Part shown: piece by piece, positions 14,031 to 28,448 of the stretch | How positions within the stretch are numbered: the first letter of the stretch is position 1 | How the letters are laid out: every line of letters begins with the position of its first letter | Assembly (NCBI GenBank): GCA_964016885.1 | Contig: OZ024750.1 | Coordinates: 32,302,001 to 32,366,000, forward strand | Direction of reading: 5' to 3' | Length of the DNA: 64,000 bases | Source: Eledone cirrhosa | Taxonomy: Eukaryota | Position numbers and translations under genes: made by a program | The notes under the pieces: generated by a model | Seen by the model: only the letters and a program-made list of their open reading frames with translations | What the model was told of the DNA's origin: nothing | Databases searched by the model: none

Positions 14031-14304
14031 TGTCAGTGTTGAACAAAAAGGTGACGTGGTTGCCTAAACACTGTATGGCGTAATCCGGGCTGTTTGTTTG
14101 TTTACAAACAAACCTAGCATTATATTAAATGTTCGGTAAACCGATACGTGCATATATATATATATGTGTGCATGTATATATATATATATACATACTAGTG
14201 TACGTCTGTATACATATATATATGTATGTAGGTGTACATACATACATACTTACATTTAAGTAAGTGCCGTACTTAGAGTGAGAAATGAAATTTCGTTTCA
14301 TTCT

Positions 14305-14364
<60 letters not shown>

Positions 14365-14703
14365 AGTAATTGTATGTGCGGGAGGGCATGATAATGATGT
14401 AATACATTTATTGGAAACAAAGAATTTCCCAATCGTAACTCTATTTCCTCCATTTCCGATTTTCGACGATAGTGGTGAATAGAACACCAAAATGTAAATA
14501 TATACAATACTTAGAAACTACTGAAGAATAAGATTTAGGGGGGTTTTGAAAAAATAAATAAACCTTTTCGTTCATTAAAGACCTAATAATAATTATTTCA
14601 CATTAGACTTCAAAATGATTCCTAAACCATTAACTATAGTAAAATTAATGTCCACAGTTATATGTACTTCTTATTTAGAAAATAGTATTATTATTGTTCT
14701 TCT

Positions 14704-14890
14704 GGGCGGTGGATTGGCAGTATCGGTAGAGGGTCAGACGCCATACTTTCCAGCATAGTTACGTCCCTTTACGATCTGAGTTCAAATCCCACCGAGGTTG
14801 ACTTTGCCTTTCATACTTACGGGGTCGATAAAATAAAGTACCAGTAATGCACTGGGTCATTGCTGGCCTTGTGCCTAAAGTAGAAACAAT
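14704..14890 (+). mobile_element. tRNA-derived SINE, family 1 (full length)
   Basis: A/B boxes and conserved body. Confidence 0.85.
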
Positions 14891-16365
14891 TATTGTTCTT
14901 CTAATTCCAGTCAACTCGTATCTAATAATATCCCTCGACAATAAGCGTTCATCATCTCCATAAATACCCCCATTATATGTAGGAATTCTTTGTATTAAAA
15001 ATCCTTGATATATATTTCTGCAAGATCACGCATTGAGCTCCGTCATAGGAAGACAAATGAAACGAGTTTATCTGAATATATATGTATCGTTGATGAAAAT
15101 GATGTATAATCAACAAGCACGACTGAATGTTTAAGTTCATTTCGTATTTCATCTGTGCTATCAGGGTGTTATCCCACCATGGGAAACATAAGCAAGTGAT
15201 TTATATCAAACCTCTAGGTTTCTCAATATGTTGTGAGTGTAAATTGTTGGATATATATAATTTTCGGTGGCCCTCTGAGCCGAGCTTTGTAAGTATTAAT
15301 GTAAAGAGTATTTTCCAACTGTGGAAAGTTCCGCCAATGTTTGAAACGCTGATTTGCTATGCTAAGAAGACACCATTGCCTGATAAGATCTAACAGTTTT
15401 AGCGACGATGAGGATTTTAGTTGCTTAATCAAATATTTGAGATGCACAAAAGAGAAATGAATGTATATTAAATTAAGATAGAACACAGACAACGCTACTC
15501 CATCATGAGTTTGTGTTCTATCTCACTACGTGACCCCTTCGTAAACTGACTTCTTGTGTAACCTCGAATTGGCCAATACCGTGTGAGTAACGTTAGAGAA
15601 TGATACCGAATGAACATATGTTATATATATTATACCGTTGTACGGTGTATGTGTATGTTTGTCGCAAGCCTAGAAACCGGCACCTTTAGAACGACAGTGT
15701 CTAATATTTCTTCCGAACCAGTTTTCATCCACTCCATCGTTATTCTCGCTATTAGAACTGCAGTGAAACTTTAGAAGCTTGCAATCAACGACATTATTAA
15801 CCATCAATTGTAATATATAATGAAATATATAAAGCATATATGATGAATTGGCATATTATGTCTCTGTAAAGACAAGCAACTAAGGTAAATATTTGAACGC
15901 TAAAGAGACTCTACTAAAAATAAAAGGAAACTACAATATGAAGTTATAATACATTTAGAGAGTGCTTTTGATGTTACAATCCCATTAGCTTCGCAACATT
16001 ATATCGCTTAAAAAATATTCCATTCACTAACCATTAGCTTAATCACCTTATAGACACAAACACGTATATTTTGTATCAAACGGGAAGCCTAATGATATTC
16101 TAGCGAAAAACCACTTCAGGAAATACGTAAGTAATACGTTTCTAACAAACTACATACTAGTAACTATCAAAGTAATAGTTGCTAAACAAAGTTTACATTT
16201 TCGAATGTTGACATGAAAGTTGAAAACTCTTTAATAATTATTTGGTTGGTCAAAGTTCCGCAACTCTTTTAAGAAGTTTAACCATGCACCTACAACTTGT
16301 TACAATACGTTCCCATTTCATCCCCATACATTAAATATGTGAACAATTACACATACATCAATCAT

Positions 16366-16387
16366 AGTCACACACACACATACACAC

Positions 16388-16428
<41 letters not shown>

Positions 16429-16515
16429 TATATGTATATAATGTGTGTATGTGTGACTATGACTGATGTATGTGTAATTGTTTACATACATACATACATA
16501 TACATACATACATAC

Positions 16516-16614
<99 letters not shown>

Positions 16615-17259
16615 CAACACATACATATATATACATACATACATACATATACATATATATACATACATACATATATATACATACATATACATACACATAC
16701 ATATATATATATACATACATACATATATATATACATACATACATACATACACATACATATACATACATACATATACATACATATATATACATACATACAT
16801 ATACATACATATATATATATACATATATATATACATACATATATATATATACATATATATATACATACATACATATACATACATATACATACATATATAT
16901 ATACATACATATACATACATATACATACATATATATATACATACATATACATACATATACATACATATATATATACATACATACATATACATATATATAT
17001 ACATACATACATATACATATATATATATACATACATATACATACATATATATATATATGCATATATATATATACATATATATATATACATACACATATAT
17101 ACATACATACATACATATACATACATACACATACATACACATATATATATATACATACACATATATATATATATACATGCATATATGCATGCATACATAC
17201 CTATATACATATATATATATATATATATATACAGACACACACATATATATATACGCACA

Positions 17260-17302
<43 letters not shown>
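16366..17302. repeat. Compound (TA)/(TACA)/(CA) microsatellite
   Basis: Direct reading; source of the YI/HT/CV ORFs. Confidence 0.95.
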
Positions 17303-17305
<3 letters not shown>

Positions 17306-17798
17306 TGAGAGAGGGGTGTCTTTACAAACTGAAAACAAAGGGCCATCAACTCCTGATGCAAGCTTAATCGCGCCGCCGTGGCACACGGTGACTGTTAGGT
17401 ATATTAAATATGGCGATGGTGATCCGTCTCCCGTCTAGAACACATCTTATGTATCCCAAAGAAAGAAAGTGGTAAAGAGAGCTAGAGGGAAAAATGACTC
17501 AAATGCTGGACTGAAACTTTATTGACCTCAAAAGACGAAAATATAAAGATGACCTCTTCTGTGTTTGAACTCAGAACACATTAAGCAGGGACAAATAGAG
17601 AGTTATTTACGTAGACGCATCCATGATTTTTGCTAATTCCCTTCCTTGAAAGACGAAGGACTTTTCACCCCTGCTGGAGTGTTGTGGGTGCTGTTCTGAC
17701 ACAGGGCATGTCTTAGGAATTTCAAAGCTGGTGGAACGCGTCCGAATCCAGGTCTGAACACAGCCGATTTGTTTCCAAGAAAACAATGAGAGGGAGGA

Positions 17799-17835
<37 letters not shown>

Positions 17836-17859
17836 CACAAACATACGCACACACACACA

Positions 17860-17893
<34 letters not shown>

Positions 17894-19812
17894 AAAGAAT
17901 CGACCTTCATGTTGGACTGGTACAATATTTAACGACCTCTAAAGGATGAAAAGCAATATGGAACACCGCGAAATTTTTACGCATTGTGTAGTGAACCGGA
18001 ACAAATAGTGAGGCATATCTTTTTAATCTGACGATCTACAAACCCTGCCAAACTAGGATAATCAAGATCTACAGTTCAATACTGGGGCGTTGTCGCAACG
18101 GCAGCTATAGATAATCCAGGTCACATTTAGACAAGATCTACCGACTGATTAACATGATTTAATTCACCAGCAGATTACCTTCTCTCACTCATAAAACCAC
18201 TGTCGCTTCTCACTACTTTTTCTGATGCTACAACAGTGACCGCTGCTCCTCAGAGCTGCATTATTCACGCGACACCACTCCTATGTTTTCAGAGGATCAT
18301 GCTGTCTTACTATTCATATATACATGCAAGTATAAACAAAAGAGAAATATATACACAAATATACACTCATACCACCCAAACACATGAACATCCAAACAGT
18401 ATTTGTTTATATATATAATTTTGGGCAGCTGATATTTTCTCTAATTAATAAGATGGCTTACTGATGAGGATTCGTGTTTTTACTTTACTAATTATCCATT
18501 TAATTATAGTAATTAGTGTTGTTTCTCAAGATGCGAAACAATGTTTTACAGGCTTTGTTATACAATGTATTACTAGTGTAATGAAAGTAATACGTTTACT
18601 GTTCTGCTTAGTTCTATGTTATACATTTGTAAGATATTAGAATGATTGTATCCATAAAAGAGTGTGCTCTTTTTATTGGCGGGGTGCGGTATTTTCGCAC
18701 CAATTTTATATTGATCAGTTATGGCACAGCGCGTAGATGTGTTATATCGATTCAAATCTATTATTATATATCTATATAAATGAAAAGGATTTGATCGTCA
18801 AATCGGATCAACGAAACTGTATTTCTTTTTTTTTTTTTTTATAGTATTTACCTGGTTGCTACTCCTGGCAGGAAGAGGCATGGTTTGAACTCAGATCTCT
18901 CAGTGCTGGAACAAATAACACAAGGTATTTATTCAGGCACCATAACAAGTCCGACATTTTACTGCCTAAATATTAGTCTAATAATGGCTATACAATACTC
19001 TATAAACATTGAGTTTTTTCTCTCCTCTGGGCTACTAAGATCAGTAGACCAAAACACAGTCATACACGTATATATGTATATGTCCCTGTGTCTTCGAATC
19101 TGATAAACTAACCCGTTGTTAATGTTTTTTGTTTTGCTATTGTTGTTGTATATCTCTTCTGTCGTATAGTGGTTGTTATTTGTTGACGTAAACCGGCAAA
19201 AATCCGCCTACAAAAAAGTATTTTCAAATATATGAGATGGATGTTCAGATCAAAGCAACGATTTGTTTTGATGTCGCATAATTGCCGGAAAATATTGACA
19301 AATCACAGTCTGGTTGAGAAAATGTACTTCTGTGTATGTAAATGATTTTGTCAGTTTGTTTTTGGGTAGTTTATAAATTCAGAGATATATTTATATCTTG
19401 TACGTTCAGATGAAGATCACACAATAATTCACATTTATCATCCATTTTCGCAAGATAAGACCGTTCCAAATCATCAACCAGTATGTCGAGTAGTTACGAG
19501 AACAGCTATGTGTACATTCAATATAGATTATATACCTACTTATAGAGAAGTTAAGATTTTCAAAGTTTTAAAGGAATGGGTTTGAGTAGTGATTTGGAAT
19601 AACAAGGTAAAACCGCTATGTAGAGATATGTATGTAGGTATCTCTTTCTCTTTATCTCTCTCCCCGTATCTTTGACTCTTTCTCCCCATCTCTATCTCTC
19701 TCTCCCTCTCTTTTATATGTATATATAAAGTGCAGTTAAATTCCATAATAAATATTCAAGTAGATAGGGCACTCAATTCGGACACATAATGTATTGTTGA
19801 TGTAATAGTAAT

Positions 19813-19975
19813 AATTGTTTCTACTTTAGGCACAAGGCCAGCAATTACCCAGTCCAATGGTTTCTGATTTAGACATTAGGTTAACAATTCTGTGGGTGAG
19901 GAAAGTCGATTAAATCGATCCCAGTTTATTCCTGGTTCTTTATTTTATCGACCCCGTAAAGATGAAAGGCAAAGC
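19813..19975 (-). mobile_element. SINE family 1, 3' portion
   Basis: TTTATTTTATCGACCCCGTAAAGATGAAAGGCAAAG and GTTTCTACTTTAGGCACAAGGCCAGCAAT. Confidence 0.7.
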
Positions 19976-20824
19976 CCATAGGCACGCGCAGTTTGCCCTA
20001 AATAATTTCTAATGTATAATATATAGACATTCAGACACCCAAACTACATGTATGTATGTTTTTTTTTTCTATGTATGTATGTCTTTTTTATGTATGTATG
20101 TGACTATATAAGACCACAAATCATTTCAAACTACTAATGTATGGATATAGATACTCAAATATCCAATATTCATTGTTTCCTTGCTTTGACTTTCTCAACT
20201 AAGACCTCTTCTCTCTTCTCACTACAACCGCACAATAAATATATACAAAATAAATTACTCTGACTGTCTATAGCAACAATCAGTCTCTTGTGTTTTCCAT
20301 TTAAAATACGGAATACTCTGTTATAGACAAATAGTTAATTTAACAAATTCATTTAATTATGCTCGCGTGAGAGGCGAGAATAGATGGCATCAGGACATTA
20401 TGCTTCCTGATTCATATAATATAACCTAGAATTCTTAATGACGTTAGTTTGACATCTGCTAATACATAACTATTACTCAATTAGCACTGAATGAATAAAT
20501 TCAAAGTCGATAAAATACCAGTTCTGTACTAGGGTCAATTCTTTCTATATCCCCTTTTCTCACTTCTACGGTGAGCGAGGTTTAAAGAGTCGACGAAACG
20601 TCTGGTATATCATTCCGAGGTACCTACAACTATAAAACAGAGTTAAATGCTCATTACTGGCGTATAATGATATATACATTATAAAATACATTTACAAACA
20701 TACAAATGTATATGTGCCAATTTCTTTTTTCTTCTTTAAGGGATTTCGCCCTACTTTGTAAGATGTTATAGCACACCACTATATATATCTTTATGTGTGT
20801 GTGCGTGTGCACGCGTAGATAGAA

Positions 20825-20883
<59 letters not shown>

Positions 20884-21274
20884 AAATTTTAACTCTTATG
20901 AAATCATTGAGAATGTCATTCCTGGTATTTTCTATATGAAATACATATATCTTCTCTACTAAAGTATTGAGTGCAATATTTAATTGGTTTCGTCCTTCAT
21001 AAAACCATTCTTAATATCACGTGTGCGTGTACTTGTGTGCGTGCGTTCGTGTGTGTACATGTGTGTGTGTGTGTATGTGTGCACGTGTGTGTATGTGTCT
21101 ATGAGTGTACGCTATTTCTAGCTGAAATAGTTGCACTCTACGGAAGATAATACCATACAATGCTGCTGATGCTGTTTAGCTGCAAAGTACATTCGAATGA
21201 GCAGATCTATGATAAAATGTTATTTAACTGTGTGATATCCATATAATATCATATAGTTTACTGGAGACAGAACT

Positions 21275-21580
21275 ACAGCCGAATGGTTTAGAAATTCGTT
21301 TCGAAATCTCCGGCTTCGATCCTACAAAGTGGAATCCTGGGTAAATGTGGTTTACCCCAACCTCGAGGTGACCCATGTCTTGTGACAGATGTTGGGTAGA
21401 CAAAGTCTATTTGGAAAGTTAAACCTAGTCATACACTGTGTCGTGCTTAATCTCCCTGAGCATTACCTTAAGCGTACTCGTGTTTGTGGAATGCTCAGCC
21501 ACTAGCACGATAATTTCATGGGCAGGCAGTTCCGTTGATCGAACAACTTGAACGTTCATTGTCGAAATCGACGTACACCA
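21275..21580 (+). mobile_element. Degenerate tRNA-derived SINE, family 2 (related copy about 47090-47360, -)
   Basis: A/B-box-like head. The 3' part (CACACTGTGTCG...AATCTCC...GCTCAGCCACT) is inversely homologous to 47100-47200. Confidence 0.5.
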
Positions 21581-21637
21581 ATTACATAGACTTCAGCTGA
21601 ACCCTACCACACTTTTAAATCTAATGAAATAGTAACA

Positions 21638-21925
21638 TTCTTCTTCTTCTTCTTCTCTTCCTGCTCCTCCCACTCATTCTTGAGAGGGTCATGGGGAACA
21701 AAAGAGGCCTCAAACCCTTCCAGCGGGTCCTGTCAGAAACAATGGTCTTTAACTCATCCAGCTGGATCCCCAAGCGAGACCAGCGAAGTTCATGTATGTT
21801 ATGAAACCATCTTGCTGGACCTGTGTCACTAGGCCTCCTGCCGGTTGGTTTTGCTCGTAAAATTCTTATCCCACGAGGTTCTAAACACATGCACCTAGTA
21901 ACGGAGCTGTGATCTCTCAATATCC
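21638..21925 (-). mobile_element. RTE LINE 3' end with (GAA)n tail
   Basis: Translation ILRAKPTGRRP...WSRLGIQLDELKTIVSDRTRW matches 1-410. Confidence 0.8.
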
Positions 21926-22585
21926 TTATTCTAACTTATATATATATATATATATCACCAATACAACTTGCTATGTATAATTTCTTAGTATGACGTTAAA
22001 GGCAGGAAATCGTTGGTATCGCCAGAGTCAATACCTTGCAGTGTTTGCTGCTTCCAATATTTCGAAGGCCAGCTGAATTCGAATTGCTGAATCCAACTTT
22101 TCTATTTTCTGTCTTTTTCTGGTCGACAAATAAAGAACTGGTTCCGTGTTCGATTCCTCTCTTTTTTTTTTTCGCTCTCTTTCGCTTCAGATTATAACTG
22201 CATTTCAAAAGTGGATGCACGCTTGTCATATGATACGGTTTCAAAATCATGTTAGGGGACAATTTAGTATAGAATACCCATCCACTTATATCACGGGTAA
22301 GAATTCCGTTTGTCTAGCAACTACACACCTATCTATTTCTTTTAGGAAGGATCCACTACTAGGTACTTTGCCAAGTTTCCCTCTTATAGTAATTGTATAT
22401 TAATGAATGGATTATGAATAAACATCTTTAACCATCGGCCCTAAAACACACACACATTTATATATGTATACTTATATGTATGTATATATACGTAAGTATG
22501 TATATGTAAGTATGTATGTATATATACTTGTAAGTATGTATGTATATGTAAGTATTATGTATGTATATATACTTGTATGTATACG

Positions 22586-22616
<31 letters not shown>

Positions 22617-23567
22617 TCGTATATGTATCTTCGTATATATATACATTCATACATACATGTATGCATGCACAACCACACACATTATGTGTGAGTGTATGTG
22701 TGTGCACGCGCACAAATACATGTATATACATATATATAATATGAGTGTGTGTATGTGCGTGTTTTAATAGTATGAAGAACACTATAGTCATAAATAGACA
22801 GAGCTTTTCATTATTGTATGTTTGGCGGGATAGTGGAATCAATTGAGGAGAAATATAGCAGCAGTATGAGAAGTTTTAGCTGGGAATTCATATTTCTATT
22901 TATTTTACAGACATATAAAGTGTGTAGGATTTCATATCAACAACGACTATATATTCTTAAAACATAGCAGAGTTGCGCGAATCGATCGCAAAAGTGGGCG
23001 ACTGTTTTTAAATTCTTCCTCTTTCTCCATCACCACCATCTCCTTCTCTACCTCATTTTACCATCCCTCACTCTTGTTCGTTTGAGAACTTGCTAGTGTT
23101 TAGTTTTCACTGTTGAATATCTCTCGCAACTCTTGCTGTTTCTCTCAATATCGTAGTTTATTTATCTCTTTATCCTTCTTTCTTTCGTCTATTCTACCTA
23201 TCTATCTATCTTACTTGTTTTTCCTTCTTTCTTTCTTATTGTCTTTCTTTCCTTTTATAGTTTTCGTTTATTCTAAGTAAACGCTACTACAATAATATAT
23301 ATTTACCGCCAACCCTGACGCATACAAACGCACAAACACTTCAGAATGTGTATTAGAGTGAGTTCCTACCCTATGGTAAGGTATTTTTATAATATAGTAG
23401 TTCCATAAGAATGACAACACTAAGAATAATATTGTCTGCTATTATTTCAACACGTGCAACGGCTGTATAACATTATAAAACGACTAAAAATGTTACATCG
23501 CGTATGAAAACAATCATCAACATCATTATCACTGTTATTATTACCAACTTCATCATCATTATTATTA

Positions 23568-23745
23568 GCGGCGGACACCATGCTTTGAGGCATAGAGTAT
23601 GTTCTGAGTTCAAATTCCGCCGAGGTTAGCTTTGCCTTTTATCCTTACGAGTTCAATAAAATAAAGCACTAGTAATTCACAAGGGTCGATTTAATCGACT
23701 TTCCCCATGTCGCCACATTGCTGGCCTTGTGCCTATCGTAGAAAT
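23568..23745 (+). mobile_element. SINE family 1
   Basis: GAGTTCAAATTCCGCCGAGGTTAGCTTTGCCTTT...GCTGGCCTTGTGCC. Confidence 0.75.
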
Positions 23746-26700
23746 CATTATTATTATTACTGCTGTATAAAGTTAGCTGCAATAACTCTAAGGTAAGAAT
23801 GGAGCATTTTCTTAGTTTGAGGAAAAGAAGAATAAACTCAATCTTCCCATGACTTGTTATTTCCTGTGACTTCTATATTTTGTTATAGAATTTCAGTCAC
23901 ATTGTATTCCCCACTCCTATTTTTGCACCATTAAAAAAAAAGACATAAAGGAAAAGAATTATTATTTGTATATCTATCTACCCCAACAGTGATATAACTA
24001 GAAGATTCCTTCTACTACAGGAATAAGCCAATCAGATTTATTCTGTTTACGGTGCTTCTATCCGCAATGATGATCACAATGACCACAACCACAACAACAG
24101 CAATATCAATCTATCGTTGGTTTGTACATGCTAACAATTTACTTGACTTCATCGACCAATCAGAATAGCTTCTCGAAAACATCTCATTATTTATCTCTTC
24201 AAATTTTCGCAATTGTTTTGTTTGCTTGTTTGCTTTTTTTGTAGTTTCTTTTTTGTTTATATTTGTGGAGTGGTGAAGTCGACATTCAATATAATTAATG
24301 CGTTTGTATCCTTATAATATGAGTACCTTCTTGCGGTTATCATCTTTCCCTTCGGACCTTCGCCATCTTTCTTTGAAAGTATTTCATAAAAACTATATCT
24401 CCCTGATAATATTTTGTAATTTATTTCATGAATTCAAGCCATTTGTTTGTGTTAGATTTGACGCCATAACATTTATATAACTAAGAAGACAATCCTTTTA
24501 TCGAACCTCTTTAATGATCAACAACAGAATGGAAATCGAAAGCATCGATTAAATGATATATTTGACTTTCGTTATATATTTGTCCTTCACAAGTTCATAA
24601 GGTCAGGCAACTAAATTTCAAATCTCTTGTAGGTGTGGCTAAATATGCATGGTTTCCTCCTTAGTTTGTATAATAAAATATTTCAAGCAGGCGTTTCCGT
24701 GTCGGTCCCAGTTCAGAAATACCTAAACTCTAGTGTTTTATTTTAATAATTTATTCAAGCAACAACTATACACAGCAGTACTTAAATTTCCGAACACTTT
24801 CCAATGATTTATTATTGTTTCTATGCTATACAAGAATCTGTTAGGTCCGAAGTAGAAAACGGAGATGGTGTACAAATTGTTGACCCCAAAACATACATTA
24901 TAAAATCAATTGTCAAACTGACAATGAATGAATCAGGCATTCTTCTATATTATATATTCGAGAACATATATGTTGCAGTAAAACTTAAAAAAAATATACT
25001 AATATCTTTACAAGAAAACTGCATTTGTAAATATATTGAAAGTAAATTATATTACATACCAATATAGTTTTAAGGGACATCAAACTCTCACACACACACA
25101 TATAAAGGGGGAATCTCTTGACGGGGCCAGCGGGCAGTGTTTCGGCCTTTGATTCCTCCTGACACTAAGAGAGCCGGATAACATAGGTCATGAATCTTAG
25201 GTGTTCTACTGTTATGTATATATATATATAGAGAGAGAGATATAGAAATAAATTAGGAAAAACTATATATATATATGCAGTTCATGTTAGATGGTTTAAC
25301 TAATAGGTAGATCTACTCATTCCGATTAATATACCATGATTCATTTACTAAAAGCACTCGACGCTATGCCTAATATCCATTATATATGTAATATCTCGTG
25401 ATTGGTGCAGGAACGGAGTTAAATATTTCAATGAAACCAGAAGGCCCGATTCCAATATATTTCTTTAATGTTGTGGTGTTTAAACAGTTTTAACAGGTAA
25501 CATTTGACTTGTTCACATTAATAAAGAGGACTCAACGTGGGTGAATGTTGAAATGACGTAGTGCCAAAAATATTACATAGTTTTAACGAAATCTAATTGA
25601 TAGTGTGTGGAAAATTTAACCCATGTCAAACATAATTTATCGGAAATAGTAAATAGACGGAAATGTTTTCAAAGTATGTGTGCATATGTTCAATATATAA
25701 ACACACACACACACACACGCATAAATACACACACGTTATATACATATACTCAAGCATACACACATACATATACACATATATGTATGTGTGAATAATAATA
25801 TAATAATAATAATATTATATTTTTAATATTCGGTTTGTTTACAAGTAACTAGCCTCATAAAGCTACCACATGGTAGTGATGACGACGCCATCTTATATAT
25901 ATATATCAACTAACTCCTTTTTCATTGATTAATATATATATATTGTTAATATATATATATTGTTAAAATAAGATATTTCATATCTAGTAGACGTTACAAT
26001 TTAAAAGTAAATCATTTTATGCCTAATATTATTTTAAAAGACTTTGACTGGTTTTAAATGAAGATAGAGTATGAGAGAAATGGCGTTTATTTGTAATTTC
26101 GAAAGTATAACTTGTGACGCTGTTGTTTCCATAACTAGAGATGTCCTTTGTATCTATAGATTTCAGTATATATTATTACTAAAGTGCTTAGGAAATCCAA
26201 ATAGATTTTAAATTAATCTCATCAATTATTCAAAATATTTCCAGTCAAAATGATTTATACAATAAATATAGGTTTAATTACCCTCGATTAACTTATCAAG
26301 CAAAGAATGAATCTTTTAAACACACAAACACGCGCGTGTGTGTCTGTACGGAGTGTTTGTGTATGTGGCGTGTATGAGCGTGTGTATGTGTTTAAAAGAT
26401 TCTTTCTTTGATAAGATAATGCAGGCTAATTACACCTATAATATTTATTATTCAAGTGAAGATTCTGTGTTTAACACAGATTGGGACACGGCCAACCAAA
26501 TCTCATTCAAGGTCTGTCTGTTTGTCTCTGGCTCCCGTACACAGTAGCACACACACACACACACAATATATATATATATATATATACATATATATACATA
26601 TGTACATACACACAGACACACACATACATATATACATGCACACACTTGCACATAAATAATATATAAATATGAATTTATATGTAAGTCCTTAATGAGTTTC

Positions 26701-26965
26701 CCCTCCTCCGATTTCAAAAAGGATTTTATCTAACGAATAAAGGAGCTACGAATTGTCGACTAGATGTAAAGTAACATACTCAACACAGAACAAAAACATC
26801 TATGTATAAGGCATTTTGTCCCAAGTTAATCTACAACCCACATATACATATATATATATAGGTAGATTCAGGACCTCGACTCTATTCCTATTACCCACTC
26901 TACTACGCTAAGTATCGAGTACTCTGGTGCATTATGGTCCACCTGGTTCTTTACCACACTTCCTT

Positions 26966-27000
<35 letters not shown>

Positions 27001-27883
27001 TACATACACACACTTCGTTTTTGAATTTGTTTTGCAAGATTTCTTATCTGAAATCGTGTGTTGAAATACATATTGTTATACTATATGCGAGTGTTCTTAT
27101 TGGCAGCATGACCCTCCCAAAGTATATCAAAAGTATATATAGCCGACTGAATATGCTCTCTCTCTATTTTTCCATCATTTTCTCCGTTCCTTCTTCTTAT
27201 CATCTATTTTCTATCTAACTTCTGACGAAGCACCAGTGACGGAACATTAAGACTTCTATTTCAAACGTTAAATTATTATATGTCTTCCATGTACTGTGCC
27301 GTTTATTCTATTATTTCTGTTTATCTTTTACACACAAACACATACATGTGTGTGCGTGAACCTTTGTGTGGGTGTGTATGAGAGAAATATATTTGTATCA
27401 AGCTTAAGAATGTCTTTTGTGTTAGAGATATCACTCGTATATCTACGATACTGCATGACATTTAAAATTGAATTCTTCGACATTTTCCTAATATGTCAGA
27501 TTTCATGGCCCCCTCAAAATGTATCGTATGATCCTTCTGCTGCAAATCAATATATTGATTTCGGTTATTGGCACCATATAATAATTTTGGCAGAATGTAT
27601 GGTCAATTTATTCGAACTTGTTCTATTCCTAGTACTTATTTTATCGACTCACCACCATCCCTATTTCCTCGATAAAGGATAAGTTGTCCTTGACTTAATT
27701 TCAACTCAAAACGGAGACTGAAATAACTATCGCTATATTCCTTTGAAAAGTATATATATTTTCCGAGGTTTTTTTTTTATATGAAATCGTGTGTTAAAAC
27801 AGATATTATTATATTTAGGGAGGATCATGTTATAATATAGCCAGAAAAAAATTGAAGCAATATATATATATATATATATATAA

Positions 27884-28448
27884 ATAAAATTAGTCCCTCA
27901 TCAGCGATCCTCCATCCCTCACCGGTACCCCCATCGCTTCAAAGATCATATACTCCCGGTTGGTGCGAGCAACGGCTAAAGAAAGTCGTTGGGACACGTA
28001 AAGTAGGGTGAAACGAGCGAGACATGCAAACAAACAAAGATGGTAATGCAGCGAAAAGTGCGGAAGAAGGAGTCAAGTCCCTGAAATCGATGAACTTAAG
28101 TTCTGTGAAATTGTGGACGAGAGAGAATAAAGGCCATCCGACCTGGGTGAAATGCGAGCGAGAAAAGGACGTCACACAGGTCAAGCGGGAGGAAGTGAAG
28201 GAGAGAGTGGATGAGTGTAAGTGTGAGGAAGAGGCCAGCTGAGAGAGTGACTGACAGACGGAGTAAAAAGAAAGCGAGAGATACAGAGAAAGGGGAAGCA
28301 GTAAGAAAGAAACAGACGGGTCACAGCGGAGGAAAAAAATATATAAATATATGAAAAGATGGCGTGCTGCGTGGTTGCAAATGGGTTACATATGAATAAA
28401 ATTAGTCCCTCATCAGCGATCCTCCAGCCCCACCGGTACCCCATCGCT
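27884..28448 (-). mobile_element. 512-bp-period partial tandem carrying an HHR 5' half (pLTR/retrozyme-like relic)
   Basis: AATAAAATTAGTCCCTCATCAGCGATCCTCCA...CACCGGTACCCC..ATCGCT at 27884-27938 and 28395-28448. The minus strand has CTGATGA but no downstream GAAA. Flanked by TA microsatellite. Confidence 0.45.

Larger units (their letters stand above)
13568..14308 (+). mobile_element. HHR repeat family B: about 1.2 units of 451 bp plus an inverted 5' arm
   Basis: Direct repeat 13779-13860 / 14231-14308. 13568-13777 is inverted relative to 14045-14258. Ends in (TA)n. Homologous to 35720-36565. Confidence 0.8.

Noticed and set aside
16318-17438. Long YI/HT/CV ORFs (also near 8, 13, 22, 28, 35, 39, 58 and 60 kb)
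   Set aside because: Translations of TA/CA microsatellites.
25105-25180. Minus-strand GAAAC...GTC with TCTCTT/AAGAGA pairing
   Set aside because: CUGANGA is absent, so a ribozyme cannot be called.
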